The notes: generated by a model from the sequence alone, not told the origin. A stretch of DNA of 63,299 nt, filler included, from Octopus bimaculoides (GCF_001194135.2; 6 parts of 5 records of this genome joined end to end with filler, not necessarily neighbours in it), one strand, 5' to 3'. Shown: positions 37,442 to 49,992, counted from the first letter of the whole stretch. Translations and numbers: made by a program.

Positions 37442-39719
37442 CACAACGGATTAGACTGTTGCAATGAAAAATATTCCTAACATCGAGCTACACCATTTAA
37501 CCGTAGATGCCAAAAACCCTCCTAAGTATCATAGCTGTCCCTAATAACACTGTTCTGGAATTGTACTAAAGTGGGTTTTATGCCTCTTCAGATCTTTAAG
37601 GATAGTTCCCAACGCACCGATAATTCTTCAGATTTTAAGGGACAGTTCCCATTGCACTTATAACTATTGGGATACATTTTACCTGCACTTTCCATAATCT
37701 CTGTAATTAAACGGCTAGATCCTGGTAATTTGCTGCTTTTTCTATACCTCTCATATTGATTTTCTAATCATTTGGGACTGTATAGTAAATTATCTGGCAC
37801 TTTCTAGTCTCTTTATCTCCTATTAATTGACGCATCTAGCTTCTATTACTCTGTCACTCTGAATGTTAAAGTCCCACAATATCTCGTTAGGTTCATGTTC
37901 ATTCCATTTATTAGTATATTCAAATCCTAGCTTTCTACATAATTCCCAGTGAATTACTCGTCCTTTATCTATCTTGGTTTTTGTCCAGTTAATTCTTAAT
38001 TGTTGATTTTGTGCAGCTACTAACAATATTTCTGTCTTCCTCTTCAGCTTTCTTTTCTGCAAACATAGCCAGGTCTCACTACTACTATTTGCTGAAACTA
38101 TCTTTGGGAATCTACCTTGCAACGTGTTCTGACAGTTAGATACTTTCTGTTATTTCTTTTCCGGTTTTTAACATCGTCTGGGTTTTGGTTTACCCGTGCC
38201 TTGCTGTGACTCTATATCTACCCTAGCTAACTCTATGCAGTCTTCTACTGATATTAAAACTCTTCTGCATTCCATTCTAGGTAAGTATAGACTTGCTAAT
38301 CCTGCCCTTCGGTGGAGTCCTCCATTCTTATGGAACGCTATCCTACATCTGTCTAGCTTTGTTACTTTAGTTTTCGTTCAATCTACAAAAGGTGCTGAAT
38401 ATCTAAGTAATGATACTATACTGCCCAAGTATTTACAGCCTTCACTAGATTCGGACCATTTCGCCTTGGCTTCATTAGCTCCTTCACCGTTCTAATGTAC
38501 TCCTTCTCAATTTTTACTTCATTTTTATAGTTAGTAATTTATCAGATTCTAATATTCCTAGATACTTAACTCTCTCTTCCTTTCAAGGATTTTAATGTTT
38601 GGCCATCTGGAAATTGGATGCCTTCACTGTTGACGACCTGTACCCTTCCCATGACTAATGTTGCACATTTATCTTTGCCAAATTCCATGCCTATATCTTT
38701 GCTGAAGCGTCTTACAATCTGTATTAAGAAATCTGTCTCTTTTTCATTCTTTCTAAAAAGTTTCAGATCGTTCACGTAGAGCAAATGGTTAATTTTTCCA
38801 TTACTATTTCTGAACTGATACCCTGCCTTCGCCTTCCTTAATACTAAATTGAGGTGAGGTCAAACATAAGACAAAATTTAAAGGGACAACGAGTCTCCCT
38901 GGAAAATTCCTCTTTTGATATTAACTTCCCCTGAGAGTGTGTCACCTGAGTAGAGATCTACTGTCAATTTCTTTATGCTAAAGAGAATTAATTCTTTTAT
39001 GTTGTCTGCTATACTGAATATGCTCAAACTTTCACTTATCCATGACTGTGGGATCATGTCATAGTTTTTCCTATAATCAATCCATGCTATTGCTAGATTT
39101 TCTTTCTAGCGTTTACTTCATTTAGAACTGTTTTGTCTATATATAATAGATCACGCGTTCCACTAGCCTTATTCCTGCAACCTTTCTGTTCTTCTGGCAG
39201 CAAATTCTGGTTGTCAAGGTGCACGTAAATGCTTTCTGAAAGCATTCCTTATTAACAGCTTCCACACTAAAGGTAAGCAAGCGATTGGTCTATAGTTACT
39301 AGCTGTACTACCCTTGCTCTTATCTTTCATAATGAGTATTGTCTTCCCTCTAGACATCCAATCTGGTATTATTTCTCCATTAAGGCATTCCTTGTTATTG
39401 TTCCCTCACCGTCCCATGTAAACTACTGAATTTCTTTAGCTAGTGCCCTTGAACTAAATCTGGTCCTGGGCCCTTCCAGCTCGGTATGTTTCCTAACACT
39501 CTTACTCATTACTGCACTAGTTAGTCTTAAATCTGGCAGCTTCTCACTCACTACCTCTTCCCTCACTTTCTTTAATCATACTGAATCTCCATTATGATTG
39601 ACTGGTTTATCCCAAATATTACACCAGAACTTTCTAGCGTCCTCTGCATTAGGTTTGTCATCTTTAGTATTTCGTTCTCCACTATATATTTGGTTATAAA
39701 ATCTCCTCTAGCCTGCCTC
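37442..39719 (-). mobile_element. 5'-truncated R4/Dong-type RLE LINE (RT to 3' end), decayed
   Basis: RGIFQGDSLS; HLLYVNDLKLFRK..FSKDIGMEFGKDKCA; IHWELCRKLGF..WNEHEP..ILWDFNIQSDRVIEAR. (TAA)n lies at the 5' junction and (TAC)n at the 3' end. Confidence 0.9.
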
Positions 39720-39786
<67 letters not shown>

Positions 39787-40158
39787 GAGTGAGAGAACAG
39801 TGCATGCCATCAAAGTGACACGGAGGTAAAATATACGAAGTCCATTATACCCATCATGACTATCCGTCTGATAAGGGTACACCAGGCACATGCATCACAA
39901 CCATATGTGCGCGACATGGTGATCTCATATCAAGATAACCAGCACATGACCTCGCAGGTGGGGCCCAGTTAGAATTTTCTTCAGGTCGAGCAGCCCATCC
40001 CGCTCAAAAGGTCCCTGAATAAGGTTTGTTTTGAATTATTCAAACCCCAAAGAATTCCTCTCAACACATGGCTATGATGCTCCCCCACTACTTCTGCTCA
40101 TGATCACAGATGCACATATCGTCAGCCACCAAGGCACATGCTCAACTGGTTAAGGTCA
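39787..40158 (-). mobile_element. Family P TAA-tailed repeat within a TAA tract
   Basis: Matches 13098-13479; TTA tracts flank both sides. Confidence 0.88.
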
Positions 40159-40192
<34 letters not shown>

Positions 40193-40292
40193 NNNNNNNN
40201 NNNNNNNNNNNNNNNNNNNNNNNNNNNNNNNNNNNNTTAATTAATTAANNNNNNNNNNNNNNNNNNNNNNNNNNNNNNNNNNNNNNNNNNNN

Positions 40293-40435
40293 AGAGGAGA
40301 GAAAGAGTAGGGGTGAAGAGAAGTGGGAGTGAAGAGAAGTAGGAAGAGAAGTTGGAGTGAAGAGAAGTAGGAGTGAAGAGAAGTAGGAATGAAGAGAAGT
40401 AGGAAGAGAAGTAGGAGTGCAGAGAGGTGAAGAGA
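40293..40435. repeat. Purine-rich ~13-16-bp minisatellite (gaagagaagtaggagt)
   Basis: Direct tandem units. Confidence 0.9.
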
Positions 40436-42130
40436 CGTACAAAGAAGTAGGAGTCGGAGCAAATATATGAGTATATGCATATATATGTACATGTATGTAC
40501 ATACCTTCATCCACATGTACATATAGATACAAAACTGGGTACATGACGTGGCAAAAGAACATGGACAAAATGATAAACAAGGTACAACAAACAAGCAAGC
40601 CACATAGAAACATCTCCTTCATCAGCTGCCACCATTAAAACACCGGCGTTTCGAAGAATTAAGGCAGTACGCATCGTTGAAATGGTTCTTCACATATATA
40701 CATACATATATACATACATATATACATATAAATAATTTGACATGGGCGATTCTCTCTTGTCTTGGGATTCACGGTCAAACGGCTGGGTGGAATTGCGCGA
40801 AAAATTACACAGATGTGTAGAATGATACGGTGGTGATGCGGGGCTTTGTATTTTTTTCGCAGCTCCCATGGTTACCGAGATAATCTACTATAATAATACT
40901 CTTGTGTTTATGAATGAGAAAAGAAGGGGTGATAGATGAATAAGGAAAGAAGGAGTGATGTCATACTTGGTAGTGGGATGATGAAAATTGTACGCTGAAA
41001 AAATAAATCAAACAGCGTCTTGTGTGCGTATGTAAAAGGGTGTATGTGAACGTGTGTGTGTGTGTGCGCGCGTGTATGTGTTTGTGTGTGTGTGTTTGTA
41101 TGTGTGTGCGTGTGTGCGCGAAATGGAAGTGGGATGGTTCATCTTTGTTCACTTAATATTTGGGTTTATTTTTTGATTTGGTTGAATCTTGGCTGGTTTT
41201 TGTTTTTGTTGTTGGTTAGCGATTTTAAGCGTTTAGAGAGAAAAAATTCATTCTAAATTTCTTTTTAATGTAAGCATGCCCAAACAAGTCGAATGCTTAC
41301 ACAGAGCAGGTTTTACAGCCACATCATCCAAACCGACCGGGTGAAACCAGGCTTANNNNNNNNNNNNNNNNNNNNNNNNNNNNNNNNNNNNNNNNNNNNN
41401 NNNNNNNNNNNNNNNNNNNNNNNNNNNNNNNNNNNNNNNNNNNNNNNNNNNNNNNNNNNNNNNNNNNNNNNNNNNNNNNNNNNNNNNNNNNNNNNNNNNN
41501 NNNNNNNNNNNNNNNNNNNNNNNNNNNNNNNNNNNNNNNNNNNNNNNNNNNNNNNNNNNNNNNNNNNNNNNNNNNNNNNNNNNNNNNNNNNNNNNNNNNN
41601 NNNNNNNNNNNNNNNNNNNNNNNNNNNNNNNNNNNNNNNNNNNNNNNNNNNNNNNNNNNNNNNNNNNNNNNNNNNNNNNNNNNNNNNNNNNNNNNNNNNN
41701 NNNNNNNNNNNNNNNNNNNNNNNNNNNNNNNNNNNNNNNNNNNNNNNNNNNNNNNNNNNNNNNNNNNNNNNNNNNNNNNNNNNNNNNNNNNNNNNNNNNN
41801 NNNNNNNNNNNNNNNNNNNNNNNNNNNNNNNNNNNNNNNNNNNNNNNNNNNNNNNNNNNNNNNNNNNNNNNNNNNNNNNNNNNNNNNNNNNNNNNNNNNN
41901 NNNNNNNNNNNNNNNNNNNNNNNNNNNNNNNNNNNNNNNNNNNNNNNNNNNNNNNNNNNNNNNNNNNNNNNNNNNNNNNNNNNNNNNNNNNNNNNNNNNN
42001 NNNNNNNNNNNNNNNNNNNNNNNNNNNNNNNNNNNNNNNNNNNNNNNNNNNNNNNNNNNNNNNNNNNNNNNNNNNNNNNNNNNNNNNNNNNNNNNNNNNN
42101 NNNNNNNNNNNNNNNNNNNATATATATACA

Positions 42131-42161
<31 letters not shown>

Positions 42162-42330
42162 GCGTGCGCGTGTGTGTGTGTTTGTTGTGCTTTGAAGTGA
42201 AATAACTTGTAAAAGTTTACTGCGAGTAAATATTTGTATGCCAAACCCATATGTGTGTCTGCATATATGCATATATATGCCTCTTTTACTATGTACTATG
42301 TATACTGTTTCGATGTCTGTGTATGTATGT

Positions 42331-42381
<51 letters not shown>

Positions 42382-43441
42382 ATTTGATCCGCAACACAAA
42401 CATACACATATGCCTATATATAGATGTATGTATGTATGTANNNNNNNNNNCATAGGTTTATAATGGAAGAAAGTTTGTGATGTGAAGGAGAAAAAGAGAA
42501 AGAACGAAAGAAAGAAAGAAAGAAAGAAAGAAATAAAGAAAGAAAGAAATAAAGAAAGAAAGAAAGTTAAAGAAAAAGCAAGGCAAGAGGGAATGAATGA
42601 ATGAAGACAAGAATAAAAGTGGGAGGGAAAGAAGGCGGGAATGAACGAAAGAATGAAGGAAGAAAGAAAGAAAGTGAATAGATGCCTCGATAAAAGATGG
42701 GAGGTTTGGCTGAGTAGCGAGAATGTCGGATTAAATGCTTTCTGATATTTGTTTAAGCTCTTTGCACTCAATACAGATGGTACAGAATTCAACATTGCCT
42801 TTTTATTCTTTCGGTATTGAAAATAAAAGTTTCGATATTGCTGCAATGTTCTCTCTCCCTCCAGCTGACTGATACGCTCTGGCTGTTTCGCTGGGTCAAG
42901 GGTAACGTGGTCGATAGTGTTGATTTAGTATCTGTGCGTGAGTACATGTGTACTTAAAACCAATAGTAAAATCTAGGTACATTCAGTGATGTTCCGATTT
43001 ATCTCGTCTCCCGGTTGCTACTACCATCTGGCACCTTAGGTGCCATGAGTGCAATTCACTCTTTTATAAGAATTCGGTCCAAGTTTGCTTGCTGTTTGAG
43101 GACAGTTTCGGATTTAGTCTTTCTCATTCGCAAAATGAGCCCCACTTACTTTTGCTCAGATTGCTTTCAATTTTGGTGTTACGATCAACCAATTACTTTA
43201 TCTCGTAAATTAAAGAATGTGATGTTATTTGACATTAAAGTTTGGAAATTTGGGTAATTTTAGCAAATCAGCAGACAGCATGGCATTAACAGCTTGTTAC
43301 CATGACAACTACACGTTGTGTTGTGGTTCACTTTTGTATGTGCCGCTGTTATATATGTCGATTTTTCACACTTAATTCTTCACACCTCGAGATTCTTTTC
43401 ACCCGTGTTTTGTTTTAATTTTTCTGTGTTAGTATATTACA

Positions 43442-43868
43442 ATGGAGGCGCAATGGCCCAATGGTTAGGGCAGCGGACTCGCGGTCGTAGGATCGCGGTT
43501 TCGATTCCCAGACTGGGCGTTGTGAATGTTTATTGAGCGAAAACACCTAAAGCTCCACAAGGCTCCGGCAAGGGATGGTGGCGAACCCTGCTGTACTCTT
43601 TCACCACAACTTTTTCTCACTCTTACTTCCTGTTTCTGCTGTGCCTCTAATTCAATGGGTCAGCCGTGTCACGCTGAATATCCCCGAGAACTACGTTAAG
43701 AGTACACGTGTCTGTGGAGTGCTCAGTCACTTGCACGTTAATTTCACTAGCAGGCTGTNNNNNNNNNNGAGTGCTCAGTCACTTGCACGTTAATTTCACT
43801 AGCAGGCTGTTCCGCTGATCGGATCAACTGGAACCCTGGACGTCGTAAGCGACGGAGTGCCAACAACA
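43442..43868 (+). mobile_element. tRNA-derived SINE family C with an 11-bp TSD
   Basis: A-box tggcccaatgg, B-box ggtttcgattcc, (CAA)n tail; TSD agtatattaca at 43431-43441 and 43869-43879. Confidence 0.92.
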
Positions 43869-44342
43869 AGTATATTACATATTTTTCGGTGCTTCTGTGT
43901 GTCAGAATGTTTCTGTGTTAGTATTTTTCCGTGCTTTTTTTCTGTGTCTTAGTATTTTTACATACTTTTTATTTCATCTATTTTGGGGACTCATTGACTC
44001 AGATAGCTGGATTTATGATTTCACTAGGTTAATTCTATTCATAAACATTTAAATTAGGAGTATTTCTGAAACCGTTAGCATCACATTTCAACAGCTTGAC
44101 TGAAATTTAGCATATGTAGCAGGAACTGAGGGGTGGGGATATCGTGGAACAGAGAAACTGTGGGTGATACAAATAATTTGACATTATTTTTGAATTCTGC
44201 ATGCAAAAACGTATAAGATACAGGTATTCATTTCCTTGAGACAAATTCTTTGTTGACCAGTGTTATTCTTATCGTAGTTTACAAATCCAAGCATGAAAAC
44301 GTTACTCAACTTTGGAGTTTTGGAGACAGACGCCCCCTTCAG

Positions 44343-44395
<53 letters not shown>

Positions 44396-45109
44396 NNNNN
44401 NNNNNNNNNNNNNNNNNNNNNNNNNNNNNNNNNNNNNNNNNNNNNNNNNNNNNNNNNNNNNNNNNNNNNNNNNNNNNNNNNNNNNNNNNNNNNNNNNNNN
44501 NNNNTATAAACTTAGATATGAATACATGCATCCACATGCACTTATATATTAATGATGTACACAAATACATGACAGATATACATAATACTGAAATACGGAT
44601 AAAGTTAACACATGTAGACAAATATATTAATATGACAAATTAAAAAAATAACAAGACTATACATTCAATGAAGAGACAAATGAAACAGTAAGATGATACA
44701 TGTTGATTTTATTAGGTATTTCTGTTTATTTAGAAACCTACAATGAACAGGTCAGACGCTAAACTCCAAATTTCACTGGATACAACCTTAAAGTTGACAC
44801 CGCTCCGCTAAAAACAGAAAATTTGTGTCTCGTTATTGGCTAAAAATATACAGTTTTTTTCGATTTTCAAACCTCTGTAACTTTTTTCTCCAATTTTTCC
44901 CTCCACGACATCATACCTTCAAAGGTATATATATATGAGACGGTCTTCTCTTATTTTGAAACATTTTATAGAAAAACAATGAAAATATTCAGCTCAGAGT
45001 GAAGTTATGAAAAATGGTAATGATATAAAAACCGTCATCTTTATGGCAGTACTCAAGCATGGCTGCATTCCCGTAGCTGAATTGAATAAAAGATTTGTTT
45101 AAAAAGTTA

Positions 45110-45470
45110 TTTCTGGCCGATAAGGAATGGTCAGGTATGTCTCTACGTTTAATAAATGTTATACATTAGATAAACTTACACAAAACATCATAATCTCCGG
45201 CAGATAAAGAATGCCCAGTTATGACTTGGTATGGTCAAGTATGTCACTAAGTTCAATAAATGTCACACATTAGATCAACTTACTCAAAAATTCTCAATCT
45301 CTGGCAGTTAAAGTATGACCGAGTATGTCACCATATTTCATAAACGTCATTTGAAATTATCTAATGTATGACGTTATTGAGAATGGTGCTGTACTTGCTC
45401 AAGTGTTCGTAATCTCTGGTAGATGGACAGGTATGTCACCATGTTTTAATAAATGTCTCCTTCTAAGAAA
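45110..45470. repeat. Degenerate tandem repeat, about 4 units of ~85-120 bp
   Basis: Recurring ggtatgtcac..taataaatgt..cattagat..aatctctggcag. Confidence 0.75.
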
Positions 45471-45659
45471 AATTTTAAGTGGTTCTATAACAAATAACAA
45501 ATTTTATCTATGTCTCTTTTTCCCCTTCTTCTTTGGTTTGCAGATATATAGCATAATTTACATGGTCAACACGTAACTGTTTCCTTTTAATTGGTTTTTA
45601 GGATACTGTCTATCTGTCTGTAAGTATGTCGTTGTAAAAACAGCTTACAGACGTGTGAA

Positions 45660-46080
45660 ATGAAATGTTCTGTCTCTGTCTTAGAGAACACCAGTATATA
45701 ACCATCTACAACGAACAACACGCTTTCCAGACCATTCAAACAAATACGTCATAGTAGCTTGGAACACCTCAGAAGGTTATTTCATTACGAAAGGAAGTAT
45801 ATTGAAAGCAGATCTGCCTATTGGATTGTTGAATGTAGTTAGTTTGCTAATCTCTTTCGACAGCTTTATTTGCCTAAAGCCTCTTTCTGAACATCCAGTA
45901 TTGTGAAGCTCTTAGCAGATGGCATTCTAACGGTAACTAAGTGACGGTGTGCACATTTAATAGCTCTCTTAAGATCTGTCGAATCAATACATATGCGCAG
46001 TCTTTTACTATCTTTCTTCATAGCCACTGGCTTGTTAACACAGCTAGTTTAATTCATCTCCGTACCCTGTACATGTTAAC
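45660..46080 (-). mobile_element. Ty3/Gypsy RT remnant
   Basis: VNKPVAMKKDSKRLRICIDSTDLKRAI; FTILDVQK..QIKLSKEISKLTTFNNPIGR..LPF..PSEVFQ. Confidence 0.75.
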
Positions 46081-46238
46081 CAATGTGGCCATGTTTCTCT
46101 CTTACACATGTATATGTGTGTGTGTGCGTGTGCATGTATGTGTGTGTATGTGTGTGTGCATGTATGTTTGTGTATGTATATATATATACACACACGCATA
46201 CATGCACAGGCCAACACACACATACACTCAGACATATA

Positions 46239-46456
46239 TGAGGAGGTGCTGAAAAGTTCCTGACTTTGGGTAGAAGAATGTCCAGGAGGATCAGTTAATT
46301 ATGATTTTATTGAACATATTCCCTTCTCAGATTCACACACTTATTGCAGTGGTCCTTCAGTTTCTCTAAGCCCTAGAAAAGAACTAGGAAGGTTGGGCCT
46401 CTAATCAGGTCTTTCGCGAGACCCTTAAAGCCAGAAACTTTTCAGCACCCCCCTCG
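46239..46456. mobile_element. Mariner-type MITE, 218 bp
   Basis: TIR tgaggaggtgctgaaaagttcctgacttt / aaagccagaaacttttcagcacccccctcg, flanked by TA. Confidence 0.88.
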
Positions 46457-46669
46457 TATATATAGTGGACTTACCTGTCGTAAATGACAAATGAGGTTAC
46501 AGCAACATTTTTGCTGAACAACCTGGTCACATGATTTGTTTATAGTGATGAAATGTCTGCGCTGTCCATTAGCTCCCTTTCTCCACCAAATCGACATTGT
46601 CTGTACAGGTGAACGGCATGTCACATGTTAGACGTCAAAAGTGATCGTAGACCAAATTGGGAACATTAA

Positions 46670-46830
46670 TTTTGGCCTACTTCAAGTCGATCACATGCTC
46701 AGCTGATACTTTACTTTATCGACCCCTAAATGATAAGAAAGCTAAGTTAACCCAGGGGAATTTGAAATCAGAACGTATGTCTGGAAGAAATGCCGCAAAG
46801 CATTTTATCTGGGGTGCTAACGATTCTGCA
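46670..46830 (-). mobile_element. SINE B, degenerate
   Basis: ttatcgacccc, gaatttgaaatcagaac and aacgattctgc remnants. Confidence 0.7.
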
Positions 46831-47140
46831 ATATAGCTGAAAATTTTCAATTAACTGAAATTAATGATTTAATTAGCATACAAACAATCTCCCACTAAGG
46901 GTGTTTAGAATCTGAAAGCAATAAACATTTCTAATGGCGAAAATGATAAGAGGAGCTTGCGCACTAGGCTTTTGAGAAAGCTATAGCTCGTCGGCTGCAG
47001 AGTCTCACAAAATGTAATAATCAAACGTAGAAAGCTTCCGGACATTGTGTAGGCTTTGTGGCGAGTATTGAGAAACCTCGCATAAACAACAAAATACCAA
47101 AATACTGCTCATTCTATTTTTTATGTATATATATATGTGG

Positions 47141-47252
<112 letters not shown>

Positions 47253-47401
47253 TTGCTTAGTCCAATAATTTCAATGTCATGATTAGCGAAAGAGAAACCG
47301 GTCAACAAACAATACTCTTTCACTTGTAAAATACATTTTAAAATATATTAAAACTATGTAAACTGTGCATTTTCCTTCTTTTATTTTCTAAATATATTTT
47401 T

Positions 47402-47436
<35 letters not shown>

Positions 47437-47457
47437 GCTCGCGCATATACACACACA

Positions 47458-47524
<67 letters not shown>

Positions 47525-47537
47525 ACACACATATATA

Positions 47538-47975
47538 TAAGAGGTGGATGCTCAAAGTTCGTGGCTTTGAGTAAAAGAAAGCACAGGATGATCAGTTAAT
47601 TATGATTTTCGTCTTGAAACCAAAGATGATCGTTTTTCTTCAAGCGCTGACTTGAATGACTGGTTGAATGACCCAAATCCAAGCTTCTCTGGTTGTTCCT
47701 CAACAGTTACGATGGGATTTTGTTCCACCGTAGTTTGCGGGACGTTCTCGTCGAACTCTACAGGCCTTCCAGGATGAGGCTCGTCTTCTAGGTTGTAGTT
47801 TCCGGCTTGGAATTTCTGGAACTACCGTTAGCGCTGGCTTAGGCTTATTGTCCGATCCCTCTATACTGCATTAATATTCCTCGCACTTTCCGTTGCGTTG
47901 TTACCTTTATTGAACTCATAAAGCAAAAATATGCCGAATATGCTCCAATGTCACTTCCATTATAGCTTTGAAAAA
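47538..47975 (-). mobile_element. MITE left end (47538-47610) joined to a mariner transposase N-terminal fragment
   Basis: Start resembles the 46239 MITE; minus strand gives MEVTLEHIRHIF..EFNKGNNATESARNINAVY..FQKFQAGNYNLEDEPHPGRPVEFDE. Confidence 0.75.
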
Positions 47976-48394
47976 ATAGCTTTGTTAAAATCGAAATATA
48001 CTTTTCAAAACTTGCACTAAGAATAAGGACAAGGTAAAATTACTACCTGCTTTTATAGCAAGTTGATGCAGGTAGTTTATCCTGTCCCCCTCTGACTTTT
48101 AGTTCATGCAATTGAAAAAACTGCATTATTTATGGGATGACCCAATATTTNNNNNNNNNNNNNNNNNNNNNNNNNNNNNNNNNNNNNNNNNNNNTTAATT
48201 AATTAANNNNNNNNNNNNNNNNNNNNNNNNNNNNNNNNNNNNNNNNNNNNTGTTGTTGTTGTTGTTGTTGTTGGTGTTTAGCTCCAGGTCAGTCCTGATC
48301 CATTACACCTATGATCAAAGATATTCCAACTGTGACCATCCCATCTTTTATCCAGACTAAAACTGCCATATTAACAATATATATATTGTGTGGC

Positions 48395-48642
48395 TCCTGT
48401 GCAGGTGGCACATAAAATACACCATTTTGAGCATGGCTGTTGCCAGTACCGCCTGACTGGTCCTCGTGCCGGTGGCGCGTAAAAGCACCCACTACACTCT
48501 CGGAGTGGTTGGCGTTAGAAAGGGCATCCAGCTGTAGAAACTCTGCCAAATCAGATTGGAGCCTGGTGTAGCCATCTGGTTTCACCAGTCCTCAGTCAAA
48601 TCGTCCAACCCATGCTAGCATGGAAAGTGGACATTAAACGAC

Positions 48643-48645
<3 letters not shown>
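48395..48645 (+). mobile_element. SINE family D, 3' half with (GAT)n tail
   Basis: ggttggcgttagaaagggcatccagctgtagaaac..catgctagcatggaaagtggacattaaacg(atg)n; second copy at 52370-52500. Confidence 0.85.
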
Positions 48646-48678
<33 letters not shown>

Positions 48679-48683
48679 AATAA

Positions 48684-48845
48684 TCCCTTCTATGAAAGGC
48701 ACAAGGCCTCAAATTTGCAGGGGAAGGATTAAGTTGATTACATCAACCCCAGTGTGTAACTGGTATTTATGTAATCGACCCTGGAAGGATGAAATACCAC
48801 TAAGCGTTTCGCTTGGCATGTTAACGATTATGCCAGCTCATCATA
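48684..48845 (-). mobile_element. SINE B with an internal deletion
   Basis: Reverse complement of tail, core and head of family B. Confidence 0.75.
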
Positions 48846-48871
48846 TTTAATAATAATGAGTTTTATTAAAC

Positions 48872-48911
<40 letters not shown>

Positions 48912-48964
48912 TGTGTATGTGTCTTTATCTCTCTCTCTTTGTCTCTCTCTCTCTCTCTCTCTAG

Positions 48965-49085
48965 AAACGAAGCCAACAGTGAAATAGTGAAACTGCAACA
49001 AACTGTGGCGGACAGTGAAAATAAGAGGCAGAAGGTTCAGGAAGATCTCACAGCTTCAAAGGAACAGCTTCTGAATCATCAAAAG
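48965..49085 (+). CDS. Internal exon (121 nt, phase 2 to phase 0) of a coiled-coil protein: NEANSEIVKLQQTVADSENKRQKVQEDLTASKEQLLNHQK
   Basis: (CT)n-AG acceptor, AAG|GTTAGA donor, open heptad-like E/K/Q/L-rich frame. Confidence 0.85.
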
Positions 49086-49199
49086 GTTAGACAAACAATA
49101 CGTACACACACTCTCTCACGCATTCTACCATACACCTACAAATACACACACACACACACTCTATCTCTCTCTCTCTCACATGTACACACTTTGCCTGAA

Positions 49200-49330
49200 A
49201 CACATGCGCACCCTCTCTCTCTTATGCACACATGCGCACCCTCTCTCTCTTATGCACACATGCGCACCCTCTCTCTCTTATGCACACATGCGCACCCTCT
49301 CTCTCTTATGCACACATGCAAACCCTCTCA
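49200..49330. repeat. 28-bp minisatellite, 4 perfect units plus a partial one (acacatgcgcaccctctctctcttatgc)
   Basis: Direct. Confidence 0.95.
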
Positions 49331-49491
49331 TGCACACTCTCTCCGTCTCTCTCTCTTTTACATGTACACATATGCACACTTTCTCCCCCCTTCACACACT
49401 CTCTCACCTGTACACTTTCTCTCACATACACACTTTCACACACACACACACACACACACACTCTCTCTCTCTCTCTCTCTCTCTTATACTC

Positions 49492-49526
<35 letters not shown>

Positions 49527-49941
49527 CCTCTCTCTCTCTTTCTCTCCAACTGTTCCACCCCCTCTATACCTCTTTCCCATTTTTCTTACTTCTCTCTCTC
49601 TCTACTCTCACATACTTTTAACACACTCTTTTACCTTCACTTGTTCCCTATTCCTTCCCTCATATCTCTCCCTCTGTTTCTATCTCTTTCTCTCTCTCCC
49701 TCTTTTCCTCTCTATTTCTGTCACTTTCCATCTCTCTATTTCTTTCCTACTCTCTCTATTTCTTTCCTACTCTCTACTCCTTTCACAAACACACTCCATA
49801 CGAAATATGAGTGGTCCTGTATACAGCTTAGTAGACTGTGTTCAATGAAAACTGGCCAACACATGACACCATTCAGTTTACATTGTCACATCCTCTCCAT
49901 GGTTCCTAATGTTTATCTCTCCTTTTCTTTCTATTTTACAG

Positions 49942-49992
49942 CTTGCAGACGAAAAATTTGAAAAGAAACTACAGGACATCCACAAACAGTAG
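49942..49992 (+). CDS. Next exon: LADEKFEKKLQDIHKQ (ends at 49988 if spliced at CA|GTAGGT, or at TAG 49990-49992)
   Basis: Acceptor ccttttctttctattttacag; phase 0 continues the previous exon in frame with the same helical composition. Confidence 0.8.
   Translation, partial: LADEKFEKKLQDIHKQ

Noticed and set aside
41293-42407. Long ORFs of 300-364 aa (also 30824-31447 and 60220-60929)
   Set aside because: They are open only because they run through N gaps.
43446-43520. tRNA gene
   Set aside because: It is a tRNA-like head that continues into a SINE body with a tail and an 11-bp TSD.
43715-43811. 42-bp direct repeat inside SINE C
   Set aside because: Identical copies flank a 10-N gap, so this is an unmerged contig overlap.
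45685-45906. Open + strand frame after an acceptor-like site
   Set aside because: It is the antisense of a Gypsy RT remnant on the minus strand.
48873-49961. 362-aa ORF as a single CDS
   Set aside because: Only 48965-49085 looks coding. The rest is read-through of GAT, CT and CA microsatellites.
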